Source of the DNA: Nitrospinales bacterium
GTDB taxonomy: Bacteria; Nitrospinota; Nitrospinia; Nitrospinales; VA-1
DNA length: 64,000 bases
Direction of reading: 5' to 3'
Assembly (NCBI GenBank): GCA_965223345.1
Contig: CBDCWG010000012.1
Coordinates: forward strand, 2,368,001 to 2,432,000
Position 1 is the first letter of the stretch, and each line of letters begins with the position of its first letter. The notes beneath the pieces were generated by a model. The model was not told the DNA's origin and ran no database searches. It saw nothing but the letters and a program-made list of their open reading frames with translations. Below are positions 21,428 to 33,439 of this stretch, piece after piece. The translations under genes were made by a program, and so were the position numbers.

Positions 21428-21691
21428 TCATTCCCCGATGTCAACGCTGTCCAGCAGGATCTCCTGCGCGTTGGGATCGTGGATGTCTTCGAGCAGTTCG
21501 ACTTCGAGCTGCGCGTTTTCCGCACAGGTTCCCGCCGCCGCCTGCACGAAATGCTCGCGGAAATGTTCGGGGGAGATGTGCGCCAGCGCGCCGAGTTTGA
21601 CTCTCACGTTCACGATGCGTTTTGCGTCCTGATCGGCGGCGATGGATTGGATTTTATTCATCAAGTCTGTCATCAAAGACTGTTCGTGCAT
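21428..21691 (-). CDS. hypA: Nickel metallochaperone HypA, short form without CxxC zinc finger
   Basis: MHE N-terminal Ni motif, position in the hyp cluster, only one Cys. Confidence 0.85.
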   Translation of the reverse strand: MHEQSLMTDLMNKIQSIAADQDAKRIVNVRVKLGALAHISPEHFREHFVQAAAGTCAENAQLEVELLEDIHDPNAQEILLDSVDIGE

Positions 21692-21701
21692 GTGCGTTCT
21701 C

Positions 21702-22196
21702 TCAGGCTACAGGTTGAGCGAGTTGGGTGAGTTCCGCGACGACCGCCGCCATGCTTTGTTCCACTTCAGCGGACAGCGCTTCACCGGGATCGAAACTTTT
21801 TCCCTCGATGCCGATGATCTCGAGCGAACGCGGCAGCCGGTCCAGCGACCGCGCCAGTTCCACGGCTTCGGCCAGCCCGAGGTTGTGGGTCGAGCAGGAA
21901 AACAGGTGCGAGGGAATCGTCTGCTTGCGCGCGTCGATGTGGTGCACCGTCCCCGCTGCGGCTCCGGAGGAAACCGCGTCCACGATCACCACACGGCCGT
22001 CGGGTTGCCAGCAATCCATCAGGGTTGTGCCCTCGCCGTTGTGTTCGATGATCTCTGCGTTTTTCAGCCCCATTGTCTTTAGTTGGCGGACGATGAGGAT
22101 GCCCGCGGCGTCGTCGCTGCGGTATGCGTTGCCGATGCCGATGATCGTGAGCGGCGCGGCGGTCTCCTGCTGATTGCCGATGTGTTGAAAGCGCAT
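21702..22196 (-). CDS. Hydrogenase maturation endopeptidase
   Basis: GIGNAYRSDDAAG, IVDA and STH motifs. Confidence 0.92.
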   Translation of the reverse strand: MRFQHIGNQQETAAPLTIIGIGNAYRSDDAAGILIVRQLKTMGLKNAEIIEHNGEGTTLMDCWQPDGRVVIVDAVSSGAAAGTVHHIDARKQTIPSHLFSCSTHNLGLAEAVELARSLDRLPRSLEIIGIEGKSFDPGEALSAEVEQSMAAVVAELTQLAQPVA

Positions 22197-22199
22197 CGT

Positions 22200-23469
<1,270 letters not shown>

Positions 23470-23495
<26 letters not shown>

Positions 23496-24270
23496 GATAC
23501 TCGCTTTCCCTGCGGAAGGCGTCCGCCGAGGCGTTGAAATTGCGGAACAGCCGCATCAGTTCGTCGTTGTCCGAACCGTGGTGCTGCATCCATTCGCTCA
23601 AAGATCCCGTGTTGGGGGTTTCCTTGGGGCCGAAACAACCGAAACAGCCCCGGTTGTAGCCCGGGCACAGCGCATCGCAGCCCGCGTGCGTCACCGGACC
23701 GAGGCAGGGCGTGCCCTGCGCCACCATCACGCACACGGTGCCCTGGCGCTTGCATTCGATGCAGGTGCTGTGCGCCGGCGTGTTGGGTTTGCGGTCCGCG
23801 AGATAGGCGCTGATCACTTCCACCAGCTGCATCTTGTTGATGGGGCAGCCGCGCAGCTCGAAATCCACTTTCACATGGTCGCCGATCGGGGTGGACTTTT
23901 TCAACGTCTCGATGTAATCGGGAACCGCGTACACGATCGACAAAAATTCCTGCACATCCTTGAAGTTTCTCAGAGCCTGGATGCCGCCGGCCGTGGCGCA
24001 CGCGCCGATGGTGACGAGAAACTTCGACGACCGGCGGATCTGGTGGATACGCTCTTCATCGTGCGGCGTGGTGATGGAGCCTTCCACGAGGGAGAGATCG
24101 TAGGGCCCCGCGACCACCGCCTTCGAGGCCTCGGGAAAGTTGGCGATCTGGATCTCCGCCGCCACCGCCAGTAGTTCGTCCTCGCAGTCGAGCAGGCTCA
24201 ACTGGCAGCCGTCGCAGGAAGCGAACTTCCAGACCGCGAGCTTGGGTTTTGCCCTCTGTCGCACCTTCAC
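23470..24270 (-). CDS. Group 3b hydrogenase small (delta) subunit
   Basis: [16 protein letters not shown] and CFGC motifs; GTG start overlaps the upstream stop. Confidence 0.92.
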
Positions 24271-25106
24271 ATCTCCCTGATCTCGAGAAACCGTTTCAGT
24301 TTGTCGTAAGTGAACACCGGGCCGTCCTTGCAGATGAAGGCCGGTCCCAACTGGCAGTGGCCGCAGAATCCGATGGCGCACTTCATGTTGCGCTCCATCA
24401 TCAGGTAAATCCGCTCGTCGGCGACGCCCATCTGTTTCAGTTCGCGGATGGAATAGCGCATCATGATTTCCGGGCCGCACAGCAGCGCGACGGTGTGCTC
24501 CGGGTCGAACGACACGCGCGGCAGCAGCGTGGTGACCACGCCGACGTTGCCCTGCCAGCTGCGGTCGGCGGTGTCCACGGTCACTTTGACCTGGATGCCG
24601 TATCCGCCGCGCCAGGTGGCGAACTCTTTGGCGAACAGCAGGTCCTGCGGGGACCGCGCCCCGTAGAGCAGGGAAATATCGCCGAATTTTTCGCGCTGGC
24701 GCAAAAGCGCCTGCACCGCCGGGCGCAGCGGCGCCATGCCGACGCCGCCCGCTAGGATCACGATGTCGTTGCCGAACGTGTCTTCCGCGCGCCAGGGTGT
24801 GCCGAAGGGACCGCGCAAACCCACGGTGTGTCCGGGCTGCAAGCGCCGCAGCGCGCGGGTGACGGTGCCCACTTCCCGGATGGTGTGCAGCACGCCTTCG
24901 CTGAAGCGGGAGCCGCCGCTGATCGAAATGGGCACTTCCCCTGTGCCGAAGGCGTACAGCATGTTGAACTGGCCGGGCAGCAGCTCGGCGTCGCAGGCGG
25001 CTTCTTTCGGCATCAGTTTCAGGGAAAACGTGTCGTGGGTTTCCCGGATCACCTGTTTGACCTCAAACGGAATCGGCACCATCGGCGCGGGGTTGACGGT
25101 TTCCAT
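24267..25106 (-). CDS. Group 3b hydrogenase gamma subunit (FAD/NAD(P)-binding, 2Fe-2S)
   Basis: [24 protein letters not shown] and [17 protein letters not shown] motifs. Confidence 0.92.
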   Translation of the reverse strand: METVNPAPMVPIPFEVKQVIRETHDTFSLKLMPKEAACDAELLPGQFNMLYAFGTGEVPISISGGSRFSEGVLHTIREVGTVTRALRRLQPGHTVGLRGPFGTPWRAEDTFGNDIVILAGGVGMAPLRPAVQALLRQREKFGDISLLYGARSPQDLLFAKEFATWRGGYGIQVKVTVDTADRSWQGNVGVVTTLLPRVSFDPEHTVALLCGPEIMMRYSIRELKQMGVADERIYLMMERNMKCAIGFCGHCQLGPAFICKDGPVFTYDKLKRFLEIREM

Positions 25107-25109
25107 ATT

Positions 25110-25574
25110 TTACGAATGCTGGATGCCGTAGACATCCAGCAGCTGATGTTGCGTCGATTCCATGGCTCTGCCGATCACCGGCAGCAGCCGGCTGAGGAGC
25201 TCGTAGCCCAGGCTGTGGTCCTGCTGGCATTTGTTGCGCAGGCATTTGCCGTCCAGGGCGATGGCCCGCGTCAGCTCCACCGCGCGTGCGTCGAAATGCC
25301 AGTGATACGGGGGAACCAGCCAGGACCAGCCGAGGATTTCGCCGTCGCTCAGGGTCTGCACCGTGATGGGTTGCTTGCCCGGCGGGCACAGTTCCAGAGC
25401 CACCTTGCCCTGGCGCAGAATGTAAAAGGTGTCGGCCTCTTCGTCCTGTTGAAACACCATCGCGCCCGCATCGAAGCGGACGTTGGACGCACAGCCGGTG
25501 ACGATCGACAAATGCGCGGGTTCCAGGTTCTTGAAAAAAGGGTGCTCCGCGAGAATGGGTTCCAGAGTTTTCAT
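25110..25574 (-). CDS. Cyclic nucleotide-binding domain protein
   Basis: cNMP fold ([18 protein letters not shown]); no HTH. Confidence 0.85.
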   Translation of the reverse strand: MKTLEPILAEHPFFKNLEPAHLSIVTGCASNVRFDAGAMVFQQDEEADTFYILRQGKVALELCPPGKQPITVQTLSDGEILGWSWLVPPYHWHFDARAVELTRAIALDGKCLRNKCQQDHSLGYELLSRLLPVIGRAMESTQHQLLDVYGIQHS

Positions 25575-25593
25575 GGCGGTTCTCGATCGGTTT

Positions 25594-26730
25594 TCAGGGT
25601 TCCTGCCGCGCCTCTTTGGGTTCGCGCAGGGTCTTCACTTCTTCGGTCAGGTCGATGCCTACGGGGCACCAGGTGATGCACCGCCCGCAGCCCACACAGC
25701 CCGACGAGCCGAACTGGTCGATCCAGCTTCCGAGCTTGTGGGTCAGCCATTGGCGGTAGCGCGATTGGGTCGAACTGCGCACGCTGCCGCCGTGCAGATA
25801 GGAAAAATCCAGCGTGAAGCAGGAGTCCCATTTCTGCCAGCGCTCCGCATGGTCGCCGGTGACGTCGGTGACGTCCTCCACCGTCGAGCAGAAACAGGTG
25901 GGGCACACCATCGTGCAGTTGGCGCAGGAGAGGCAGCGCTGCGCCACTTTCTCCCATGCGGGATGATCGTGGTTTTGGTAAAGCAGCTCCTGGATGCCCG
26001 TGGTGTCCAGGGTGCGTCCCATCTGCGCCGCCGCCCGGTCCACCCGCTCGTTGGCTGCGGACACTTCATCCGTTTCGGCTTTGCGGTGCGGCACCGATTC
26101 CAGGATGCGGACGCCCGCAGCGGTGCCGGCGGTGACGATGAAATGATGCCGCCCTTCCTGCAGGACCTCGGTGAGGGACAGGTCGAACCCTTCCTGCACC
26201 TGCGGCCCGGTGTTCATGGAAACGCAGAAACAGGTGTTCGCCGCCTGCGTGCAGTTGACCGCAACCAGGAACAATTGCTGCCGCTGCAGCTTGTAAAACG
26301 GATTCTGGATTTCGCCGCCCAGAAACACCGCATCCTGAATCGCGATGGCGTTCAGTTCGCAGGCGCGCACGCCGATGAACGCGACCTTTCCGGGCGTCGT
26401 TTCCTCGGGGACGATGTCAAAACCGTCTCCCGTTTTCTCCGCCCGCCACAACCGCTTTGCGGGAGGGTCGAGAAACCGTTTCCAGGAGTGCGGACCCACC
26501 GTGAAACCGAACAGGGCGGCGTCGTTTCTTTTTTTCAGGCGGTAACAGCCCGCCTCCTGCTCTTCCGTCCAGCCCTGCGGCAGGTCTTCCACAGAATTCA
26601 AATCAGAATACACGATTGCCCCATCGCGCACGGTGGGACCGACCAGCCGATGGTCCGATTGGGTCAGCGATTCGAACAACGCATTCAGATCCTGCCTCTC
26701 CACCCGAACCGCTTCGTTCACTTCTGGCAT
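25594..26730 (-). CDS. Group 3b hydrogenase beta subunit (4Fe-4S dicluster)
   Basis: [16 protein letters not shown] and [16 protein letters not shown] motifs. Confidence 0.93.
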   Translation of the reverse strand: MPEVNEAVRVERQDLNALFESLTQSDHRLVGPTVRDGAIVYSDLNSVEDLPQGWTEEQEAGCYRLKKRNDAALFGFTVGPHSWKRFLDPPAKRLWRAEKTGDGFDIVPEETTPGKVAFIGVRACELNAIAIQDAVFLGGEIQNPFYKLQRQQLFLVAVNCTQAANTCFCVSMNTGPQVQEGFDLSLTEVLQEGRHHFIVTAGTAAGVRILESVPHRKAETDEVSAANERVDRAAAQMGRTLDTTGIQELLYQNHDHPAWEKVAQRCLSCANCTMVCPTCFCSTVEDVTDVTGDHAERWQKWDSCFTLDFSYLHGGSVRSSTQSRYRQWLTHKLGSWIDQFGSSGCVGCGRCITWCPVGIDLTEEVKTLREPKEARQEP

Positions 26731-27050
26731 GAAAATTCCTCTTTTTCCCGGACCCGTTGACTCCCTGCGCGACCGCGCATTCGTGATCCGCTATTATGGC
26801 GCACCTCGCTGCTTCCTTCTATAAAGAAGACCTTGTTGACAGCCGATTTATTCCCCCCGGAAAGGAACGGCACGCCGGTATAAACTATTTATATTTAAAT
26901 GCTTAACATCGAGTCGGGGCGTCCCGTGTGCGGCTGAAATCCGGAATAAACCGTTGTGCCGATGATCCTCTATTATGAGAGGGTTGTGTGTTTGAAAATG
27001 ATTAGATGCAACACCGCGTCCATTCTGTACGTTCACACAGGGGGCAATTT

Positions 27051-27596
27051 ATGAAAACCCTCATCGTCTATTTTTCTTATTCCGGGAACAACCGGCTGCT
27101 CGCCGAATATCTGGCTGAGCGTATCGAAGGCGACCTCTGCCCGATTGTCGAAACGAAGCGGCGCACGATGTTGACGATCATACTGGATATGCTGTTCCGG
27201 CGAACCCCGAAAATCGAAGCCCTGGAACGCTCCGTTTCGAGTTACCATCATATCGTACTCGTCGCTCCGATCTGGGATTCGAAGCTGGCGAATCCCATGA
27301 AAGCCCTGATTCGCAGCGAGAAAGGCAGCCTTTTGAGCTATTCCTTCATTTCGCTCTGCGGCTATGAGCGATCGGGACAGAAAGAAAGCATCACAATGGA
27401 ACTTTCCGCGTTGACGGGGCGCATGCCGAAAGCCGTGTGTGAACTGAAAATTGCGGATCTTTTTCCACCGGAGCGAAGGCGTGAAATCAAAACCCTTTCG
27501 AGCTATCACGCCACACGCGAAGATCTCGCTGAATTCGAACCGAAGATTGATGAATTCCTCAAACGCATTCGGTCCGATGAAGCCAGAGCCGCATGA
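27051..27596 (+). CDS. Flavodoxin-fold protein
   Basis: MKTLIVYFSYSGNN FMN phosphate loop, APIW. Confidence 0.75.
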   Translation: MKTLIVYFSYSGNNRLLAEYLAERIEGDLCPIVETKRRTMLTIILDMLFRRTPKIEALERSVSSYHHIVLVAPIWDSKLANPMKALIRSEKGSLLSYSFISLCGYERSGQKESITMELSALTGRMPKAVCELKIADLFPPERRREIKTLSSYHATREDLAEFEPKIDEFLKRIRSDEARAA

Positions 27597-27673
27597 AAAG
27601 ATGCATCCGTCGCGCTCAGCAGTATAAAATGGCGTGGTAGAAAGGCGATCGTCTTTTTCAGGAAAACCGGCCC

Positions 27674-28558
27674 ATGGCCCGAATTCTCGAAAAAACCGAG
27701 CTGGCTGCGCGCGTGTTCCGCTATCTGGTTGAGGCCGCGGATATCGCGAAAAAAGCGCAGGCGGGGCAGTTTGTCATCCTGCGGCTGAATGAAACCGGGG
27801 AGCGCATTCCGGTGACCATCGCGGACTGGGACCGGGAAAAGGGCACGCTCACGTTTTTCGTGCAGGCGGTGGGCAAGACCTCCATCGAAATGAGCCGCAT
27901 GCGGGCGGGCGATGACATTCTTGACCTGGCCGGACCGCTGGGAAACCCCAGCCCGATCGACAAAGCCGGAACGGTGGTCCTGGTCGGAGGCGGCTTCGGC
28001 ATCGCCGCCATCCATCCGATCGCCCGCGCTTTCAGCGAGGCGGGCAACCGCACCGTGTCCATTTTAGGCTGCAAGAGCCGGGATGTTCTGATCCTGGAGA
28101 AGGAGATGCGCGTGGTTTCTTCGGAGGTGCGGGTCGTCACCGACGACGGCAGCCAGGGCAGGAAGGGCCTGGTCACCGACGAACTGGACGCTCTGATTGC
28201 GCAGGGCGAACGCATGGATCTGGTGATCGCCATCGGGCCGGTGGTCATGATGCAGGCGGTGGCGGACCTCACGCGTCCGCACGCGATTCCCACGCGCGTC
28301 AGCCTCAACCCGATCATGATCGACGGCACGGGGATGTGCGGCGCGTGCCGGGTGGTGGTGGATGGTCAGATGAAATTCGCCTGTGTGGACGGCCCCGAAT
28401 TCGACGCGCACCAGGTGGATTTCGCGACTCTGATCCAGCGCTTGCAGACGTATCGGCCGGAAGAGAAGGCCGCGCGCGAGCGCTACGAACATTCTCTGGA
28501 TGCGGATTGCCGGATTCAAAACCAGCTTCAGTCATCCAGTCCGGGAACGGAACCATGA
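27674..28558 (+). CDS. nfnA: NfnA/SudB small subunit of electron-bifurcating transhydrogenase
   Basis: AGQFVIL..GERIPVTIAD, GPLG and MIDGTGMCGACRV..CVDGPEFD motifs. Confidence 0.88.
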   Translation: MARILEKTELAARVFRYLVEAADIAKKAQAGQFVILRLNETGERIPVTIADWDREKGTLTFFVQAVGKTSIEMSRMRAGDDILDLAGPLGNPSPIDKAGTVVLVGGGFGIAAIHPIARAFSEAGNRTVSILGCKSRDVLILEKEMRVVSSEVRVVTDDGSQGRKGLVTDELDALIAQGERMDLVIAIGPVVMMQAVADLTRPHAIPTRVSLNPIMIDGTGMCGACRVVVDGQMKFACVDGPEFDAHQVDFATLIQRLQTYRPEEKAARERYEHSLDADCRIQNQLQSSSPGTEP

Positions 28559-30015
28559 AAAAGGACTCCAAAAAGCGCAACAAGATCCCCCGCCAGTCCG
28601 CGCCGGAGCGGGACCCCGAGGAGCGAAGGAAGGATTTCGAAGAAGTCTCCCTGGGGTACACGCCCGCGATGGCGCGGCTGGAGGCGTCGCGCTGCCTGCA
28701 ATGCAAAAAACCCAAATGCGTGATGGGCTGCCCGGTGCGGGTGTTCATCCCCGAGTTCATCCGCCGCATCGCCGAGGGGGATTTTCTCGGCGCGGCGGAG
28801 AAGATCAAGGAGACCAATGCGCTGCCTGCGGTCACCGGCCGGGTGTGCCCGCAGGAGGACCAGTGCGAAAAACACTGCGTCATCGGGCTCAAGGGAGAGC
28901 CGGTCGCCATCGGCAAGCTGGAACGCTTCGCGGCGGATTACGAACGCAACCAGGGGAAGCGCGAAATCCCCGAGCCGGCGCCGCCCACCGGACGCAAGAT
29001 CGCCATCATCGGCGCGGGCCCGGCCGGGCTGGCGGCGGCGGGCGATCTGGCGCGGCAGGGGCACGAGGTGGTGATCTTCGAGGCGCTGCACAAACCCGGC
29101 GGGGTGCTGTTTTACGGCATTCCGCAGTTTCGCCTGCCCAAGGAGATCGTCGAGGCGGAGGTGGAGGACCTCAAACGGCTCGGGGTCACGGTGAAGCTGG
29201 ACTACGTGATCGGCGGCATCAAGAGCATCGACGAACTCATGCAGCAGGACGGTTTCCACGCTGTGTTCACCTCCACCGGGGCCGGGCTGCCGTATTTTCT
29301 CGGCATACCCGGTGAAAACCTCAACGGGGTGTACTCGGCCAACGAGTACCTCACCCGCGTGAACCTCATGCACGCCTGGGAGTTCCCGGTGTTCGACACG
29401 CCGGTGCACCAGCACAAAGTCGTGGCGCTGGTCGGCGGCGGCAACACGGCGCTCGATGCGGCGCGCACCGCGCTGCGCATTCCATCCACCGAAAAGGTGA
29501 TCGTCGTCTACCGGCGCTCGCGCGAGGAGATGCCGGCGCGCGAAGAAGAGATCCAGCACGCCAAAGAAGAGGGCATCGAATTCGAGTACCTGGCGTCGCC
29601 GGTGCGCATTCTCGGAAAAGACGGCTGGGTGTCTGCGCTGGAATGCCAGCGCATGCGGCTCGGCGAGCCCGACGCTTCGGGACGGCGGCGTCCGGAAGCC
29701 ATCCCCGGCAGCGAGTTCCAGCTTAAAGTGGATGCGGTGATCATCGCGCTGGGCAGTGGGTCCAACCCGCTGATCGCAAAAACCACGAGCGGTCTCAAAA
29801 CCGACGCCGAAGGCCACATCCAGATCGCCGATCCCGAGGTCAACCGCACCTTCAAGGAAGGCGTGTTCGCCGGCGGCGACATCGTGACCGGGGCGGCGAC
29901 GGTGATCTCCGCCATGGGAGCGGGAAAAAAGGCCGCCCAGGGCATCCATCGCTACGTCATGGGGCTGGGCAAACCGTCCCCGGCCGCAGATCCGCAACAA
30001 ACGGACCGCAATTAA
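28555..30015 (+). CDS. nfnB: NfnB/SudA large subunit (GltD homologue)
   Basis: RCLQC..CVMGCPV, GRVCPQEDQCE, GAGPAGL, YSANEYLTRVNLM and GAATVI motifs; ATGA-coupled to nfnA. Confidence 0.88.
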   Translation: MKKDSKKRNKIPRQSAPERDPEERRKDFEEVSLGYTPAMARLEASRCLQCKKPKCVMGCPVRVFIPEFIRRIAEGDFLGAAEKIKETNALPAVTGRVCPQEDQCEKHCVIGLKGEPVAIGKLERFAADYERNQGKREIPEPAPPTGRKIAIIGAGPAGLAAAGDLARQGHEVVIFEALHKPGGVLFYGIPQFRLPKEIVEAEVEDLKRLGVTVKLDYVIGGIKSIDELMQQDGFHAVFTSTGAGLPYFLGIPGENLNGVYSANEYLTRVNLMHAWEFPVFDTPVHQHKVVALVGGGNTALDAARTALRIPSTEKVIVVYRRSREEMPAREEEIQHAKEEGIEFEYLASPVRILGKDGWVSALECQRMRLGEPDASGRRRPEAIPGSEFQLKVDAVIIALGSGSNPLIAKTTSGLKTDAEGHIQIADPEVNRTFKEGVFAGGDIVTGAATVISAMGAGKKAAQGIHRYVMGLGKPSPAADPQQTDRN

Positions 30016-30028
30016 CGCTCTCCCATCC

Positions 30029-32716
30029 ATGAACGACATCAAAGACGCTTCCGCTCCCGTCTGGCACACCCTTTCCATCGAACAGACCCTGAAGCGCCTG
30101 TCGGCGACCGGTCTCGGATTGTCCGCTGCCGAGGCGAGGCGGCGGCTTCAGGAGCAGGGGCCCAACGAACTGGTCTCGGCGGACCGGGTTTCGGCGTGGA
30201 CGGTGCTGGCGAGTCAGTTCAAGAACGTGCTGATCGTCATCCTGCTGATCGCCACGGTGATCTCGGCGTTTCTCGGTCATCCCATCGAATCGATCGCCAT
30301 CGCCGTCATCGTCCTGTTTGCCATCGTTCTGGGGTTTCTGCAGGAATTCCGCGCCGAACGCGCCATCGAAGCGCTGAGAAAAATGACGGCTCCGGAAGCG
30401 CGGGTGGTGCGCGAAGGGCGGGAAATCCGCATTCCGGCGCGCGAGGTGGTGACCGGCGACGTCATCCTGCTGGCGCTCGGCGACAAGGTACCCGCGGACG
30501 CCCGCGTGGTGGAAGCGGTGAACCTCAAGGTGGACGAATCCTCGCTCACCGGAGAATCGCTGTCGGTGGAAAAGCAGTGCAATGCGTTGGAGAGCGACAC
30601 GCTGCCCGTCGGCGACCGCAGAAACCTGGTGTATTCCGGCACCGCCGTCACCTACGGCCGCGGCCGCGCGCTGGTGGTCGCCACCGGCATGGGCAGCGAG
30701 TTCGGCAAGATCACCGGGCTGCTGAAAACGGTGACGAAAACCAAGACGCCGCTGCAGGAAAACCTGGACCGGGTCGGCAAGGTGCTGGGCACCGTCGCTC
30801 TGTTGATCGTCGGGGTCATCGTGTTTTTCGGCGTGCTGCGCGGCGCACCGCTTCTGCAGATGTTCCTGTTCGGCATCGCGCTCGCGGTGGCGGTGGTTCC
30901 CGAGGCGCTGCCTGCGGTGATCACCATTTCCCTGGCGATCGGGGTGCAGCGGATGGCGAAGCGCAACGCCCTCATGCGGCACCTGCCGACGGTCGAGACG
31001 CTGGGCAGCACGTCGGTGATCTGCTCGGACAAGACCGGGACCCTGACCAAGGACGAGATGACGGTGCGCCGTCTCTGGTTGAGCGGCCGCCGGTTCGAGG
31101 TCACGGGCTCGGGCTACGATCCGCACGGAGCGTTTGAAAACGACCACGATCTCGGGCCGGATTTTCCCTGCCTGATCGAGTTTCTGCGCGCCGCGGCGCT
31201 TGCGTCGGATGCCCGGCTGGTGCAGGAAGACGGGCTGTGGACAATTCAGGGCGATCCCACCGAAGGCGCGCTCGTGGTGGCGGCGGCGAAAGCGGGCCTC
31301 AGCAAGGAGAGCCTCGATCGCGAATGGCCCCGCAGGGCGGAGATCCCCTTCACCTCGGAGCGCAAGCGCATGTCCACCCTGCACGCCGGGCCGGATGGCG
31401 AGGTCTTGTATTGCAAGGGCGCGCCGGAAGTGGTTCTCGCTTTATGCACGCGGCTGCGCACGCCTGACGGCGAGTGGGAGCTGCACGCGGAGGATATCCG
31501 CGAGATCGAGCAGGTGGCCGCGGACATGGCCTCGCAGGCGCTGCGCGTCATCGCTCTGGCCTGTAAAAAGCGGCCGGGCGCGGACGATGCGGAACAGGAT
31601 CTGGTGTTTCTGGGGCTGGCGGGCATGATCGATCCGCCGCGACCGGAAGCCAAGGGAGCGATCCGCACCTGCGTCGGGGCGGGCATCCGGCCGGTCATGA
31701 TCACCGGCGACCACCCGGCCACGGGAGAAGCGGTGGCGCGCGAGCTGGGGCTCTTGCGCGAGGGGCATGTGGTCACTGGCCCGGAGCTGGAGGCGCTGTC
31801 CGATGCCGAATTCGAACGCCGGGTCGCTGACATCGACGTGTACGCGCGGGTGTCTCCGGAGCACAAGCTGCGCGTGGTGCGGGCGCTGCAGAAGCAGGGC
31901 AATGTGGTGGCGATGACCGGCGACGGGGTCAACGACGCGCCGGCGCTCAAAAAAGCCGACGTGGGCATCGCCATGGGGATTACGGGCACCGACGTCAGCA
32001 AGGAAGCGGCGGACATGACGCTGACCGACGACAATTTCGCTTCCATCGTCGGCGCGGTGGAGGAGGGGCGCGGCATCTTCGGCAATATCAAAAAATACCT
32101 GATGCTGCTGTTGTCCGCGAACATCGGCGAGATCGGCCTGATCGCCGGCACGGTGATCGCGGGCCTGCCGCTTCCCCTGACGGCCGTGCAGATCCTCTAC
32201 GTCAACCTGGCGACGGACGGCCTGCCGGCCCTGGCCCTGTCCGTGGACCCGCCGGAAAAGGACCTGATGCAGCGCGCGCCGAGAAACCCGCGCACCGGCA
32301 TCTTCACGCGTCCGGTGGTGTTTCTCATGCTGGTCGGGGGCGTGTGGTCCACGATCATCAATTTCGGCCTGTTCTCCTGGGCGCAGGGATCGGCCTACGG
32401 TCCCGAGCGGGCGATGACCCTGACTTTTCTGTGCCTGATTCTCAGCGAACTGTTCCAGGCCTATGTGTTCCGTTCCGACCGCTTTCCGGTTTACCAGAAC
32501 CTGTTCGGCAACAAGTGGCTGAACAGGGCCTTCGTGTGGGAGCTGACGCTCTTGATGCTCATCGTGTACGTGCCTTTTCTGCAGGGGCCGTTCGGGACGT
32601 TCAGCCTGACCGCCGCGGATTGGGTGCTGGTGATAACGGTGGCGTTCACGATGGTTCTGGTTCTGGAGGCCGCCAAATGGATGGTGCGGCGCGGCTGGGT
32701 GCGTGAGGTGAATTGA
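30029..32716 (+). CDS. Cation-transporting P-type ATPase (type IIA, Ca2+-like)
   Basis: TGES, VPEALP, DKTGT, KGAPE, GDGVNDAPAL and NLATDG motifs. Confidence 0.95.
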   Translation: MNDIKDASAPVWHTLSIEQTLKRLSATGLGLSAAEARRRLQEQGPNELVSADRVSAWTVLASQFKNVLIVILLIATVISAFLGHPIESIAIAVIVLFAIVLGFLQEFRAERAIEALRKMTAPEARVVREGREIRIPAREVVTGDVILLALGDKVPADARVVEAVNLKVDESSLTGESLSVEKQCNALESDTLPVGDRRNLVYSGTAVTYGRGRALVVATGMGSEFGKITGLLKTVTKTKTPLQENLDRVGKVLGTVALLIVGVIVFFGVLRGAPLLQMFLFGIALAVAVVPEALPAVITISLAIGVQRMAKRNALMRHLPTVETLGSTSVICSDKTGTLTKDEMTVRRLWLSGRRFEVTGSGYDPHGAFENDHDLGPDFPCLIEFLRAAALASDARLVQEDGLWTIQGDPTEGALVVAAAKAGLSKESLDREWPRRAEIPFTSERKRMSTLHAGPDGEVLYCKGAPEVVLALCTRLRTPDGEWELHAEDIREIEQVAADMASQALRVIALACKKRPGADDAEQDLVFLGLAGMIDPPRPEAKGAIRTCVGAGIRPVMITGDHPATGEAVARELGLLREGHVVTGPELEALSDAEFERRVADIDVYARVSPEHKLRVVRALQKQGNVVAMTGDGVNDAPALKKADVGIAMGITGTDVSKEAADMTLTDDNFASIVGAVEEGRGIFGNIKKYLMLLLSANIGEIGLIAGTVIAGLPLPLTAVQILYVNLATDGLPALALSVDPPEKDLMQRAPRNPRTGIFTRPVVFLMLVGGVWSTIINFGLFSWAQGSAYGPERAMTLTFLCLILSELFQAYVFRSDRFPVYQNLFGNKWLNRAFVWELTLLMLIVYVPFLQGPFGTFSLTAADWVLVITVAFTMVLVLEAAKWMVRRGWVREVN

Positions 32717-32736
32717 ATCGACAGGAAAATCCTCAA

Positions 32737-33342
32737 TCAGGGCGTGTTTCTCACCGCACGGACGCCTCCGTTGTTGCAAAGTTTAAAGTCTCTGACGTCG
32801 ATCTTTCCATTCACAAAGTAAAGTGTCTTCGCACAACACTCTGAAGTAGCGGTGCCGCAGTCACTCGTCCAATACCAGTAGGCGGCTCCGTCGGCAAATT
32901 TTTTATCCAGCGCCAGAGGGTATTTCGGATTGTGGTCCCAGGCCATGACATTTTCCTGTGTCTCGTCGTAAATCGTGGCCAGCTCCTTAAGAGTCGGGAT
33001 TCTCCAGTCTGTGTGTCCCCCGGTCTTTAAATTTTTGACATATTCCAAAGATTCCGGCCATGTCAGACATTTGTTCAGATCCGCATAGCTGTCCTTCTGA
33101 GCCCACATCAATCCCCTATCCGGATCGGTGATCGTCCCATCCCCATTTTCCAGTAGGTGCAGCTTCGATTGCGGGATTACTACAGGAGGCGCGATGTATT
33201 CCGGTGCTTCATAAGCAGGCCTGGGCTGGCAGGACATTTTATCTGCGCGGGCGATATCGGGGATGGTCACAATCAGAACCAGTCCCAGGACGAAGGACCC
33301 CGCAACACGGCAATTTTTTAAGGAACCGGGTAAATCGGACAT
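32737..33342 (-). CDS. DUF1566 (Lcl C-terminal) domain exported protein
   Basis: NGDGTITD..GLMW, GGHTDWRIPT..EL, YWTS and VRAVR motifs. Confidence 0.85.
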   Translation of the reverse strand: MSDLPGSLKNCRVAGSFVLGLVLIVTIPDIARADKMSCQPRPAYEAPEYIAPPVVIPQSKLHLLENGDGTITDPDRGLMWAQKDSYADLNKCLTWPESLEYVKNLKTGGHTDWRIPTLKELATIYDETQENVMAWDHNPKYPLALDKKFADGAAYWYWTSDCGTATSECCAKTLYFVNGKIDVRDFKLCNNGGVRAVRNTP

Positions 33343-33439
33343 GGAATAATTTCCTCTTTTTGGGCCATTTTATATTCTTTTGGCGGTTTCTCCAAGAGCC
33401 TGAAGGCCGCAGGATCGAAATTAAAACGTAAGTGGGGGA

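Noticed and set aside
26731..27050. FNR or sigma54 site in the hydrogenase/Nfn divergent region
   Set aside because: No TTGAT-N4-ATCAA seen, and the TGGC-containing candidates have the wrong GG-N10-GC spacing
28555..30015. Second glutamate synthase small subunit
   Set aside because: Coupled to an NfnA/SudB gene and carries NfnB-type motifs; the true gltD follows gltB at 61054
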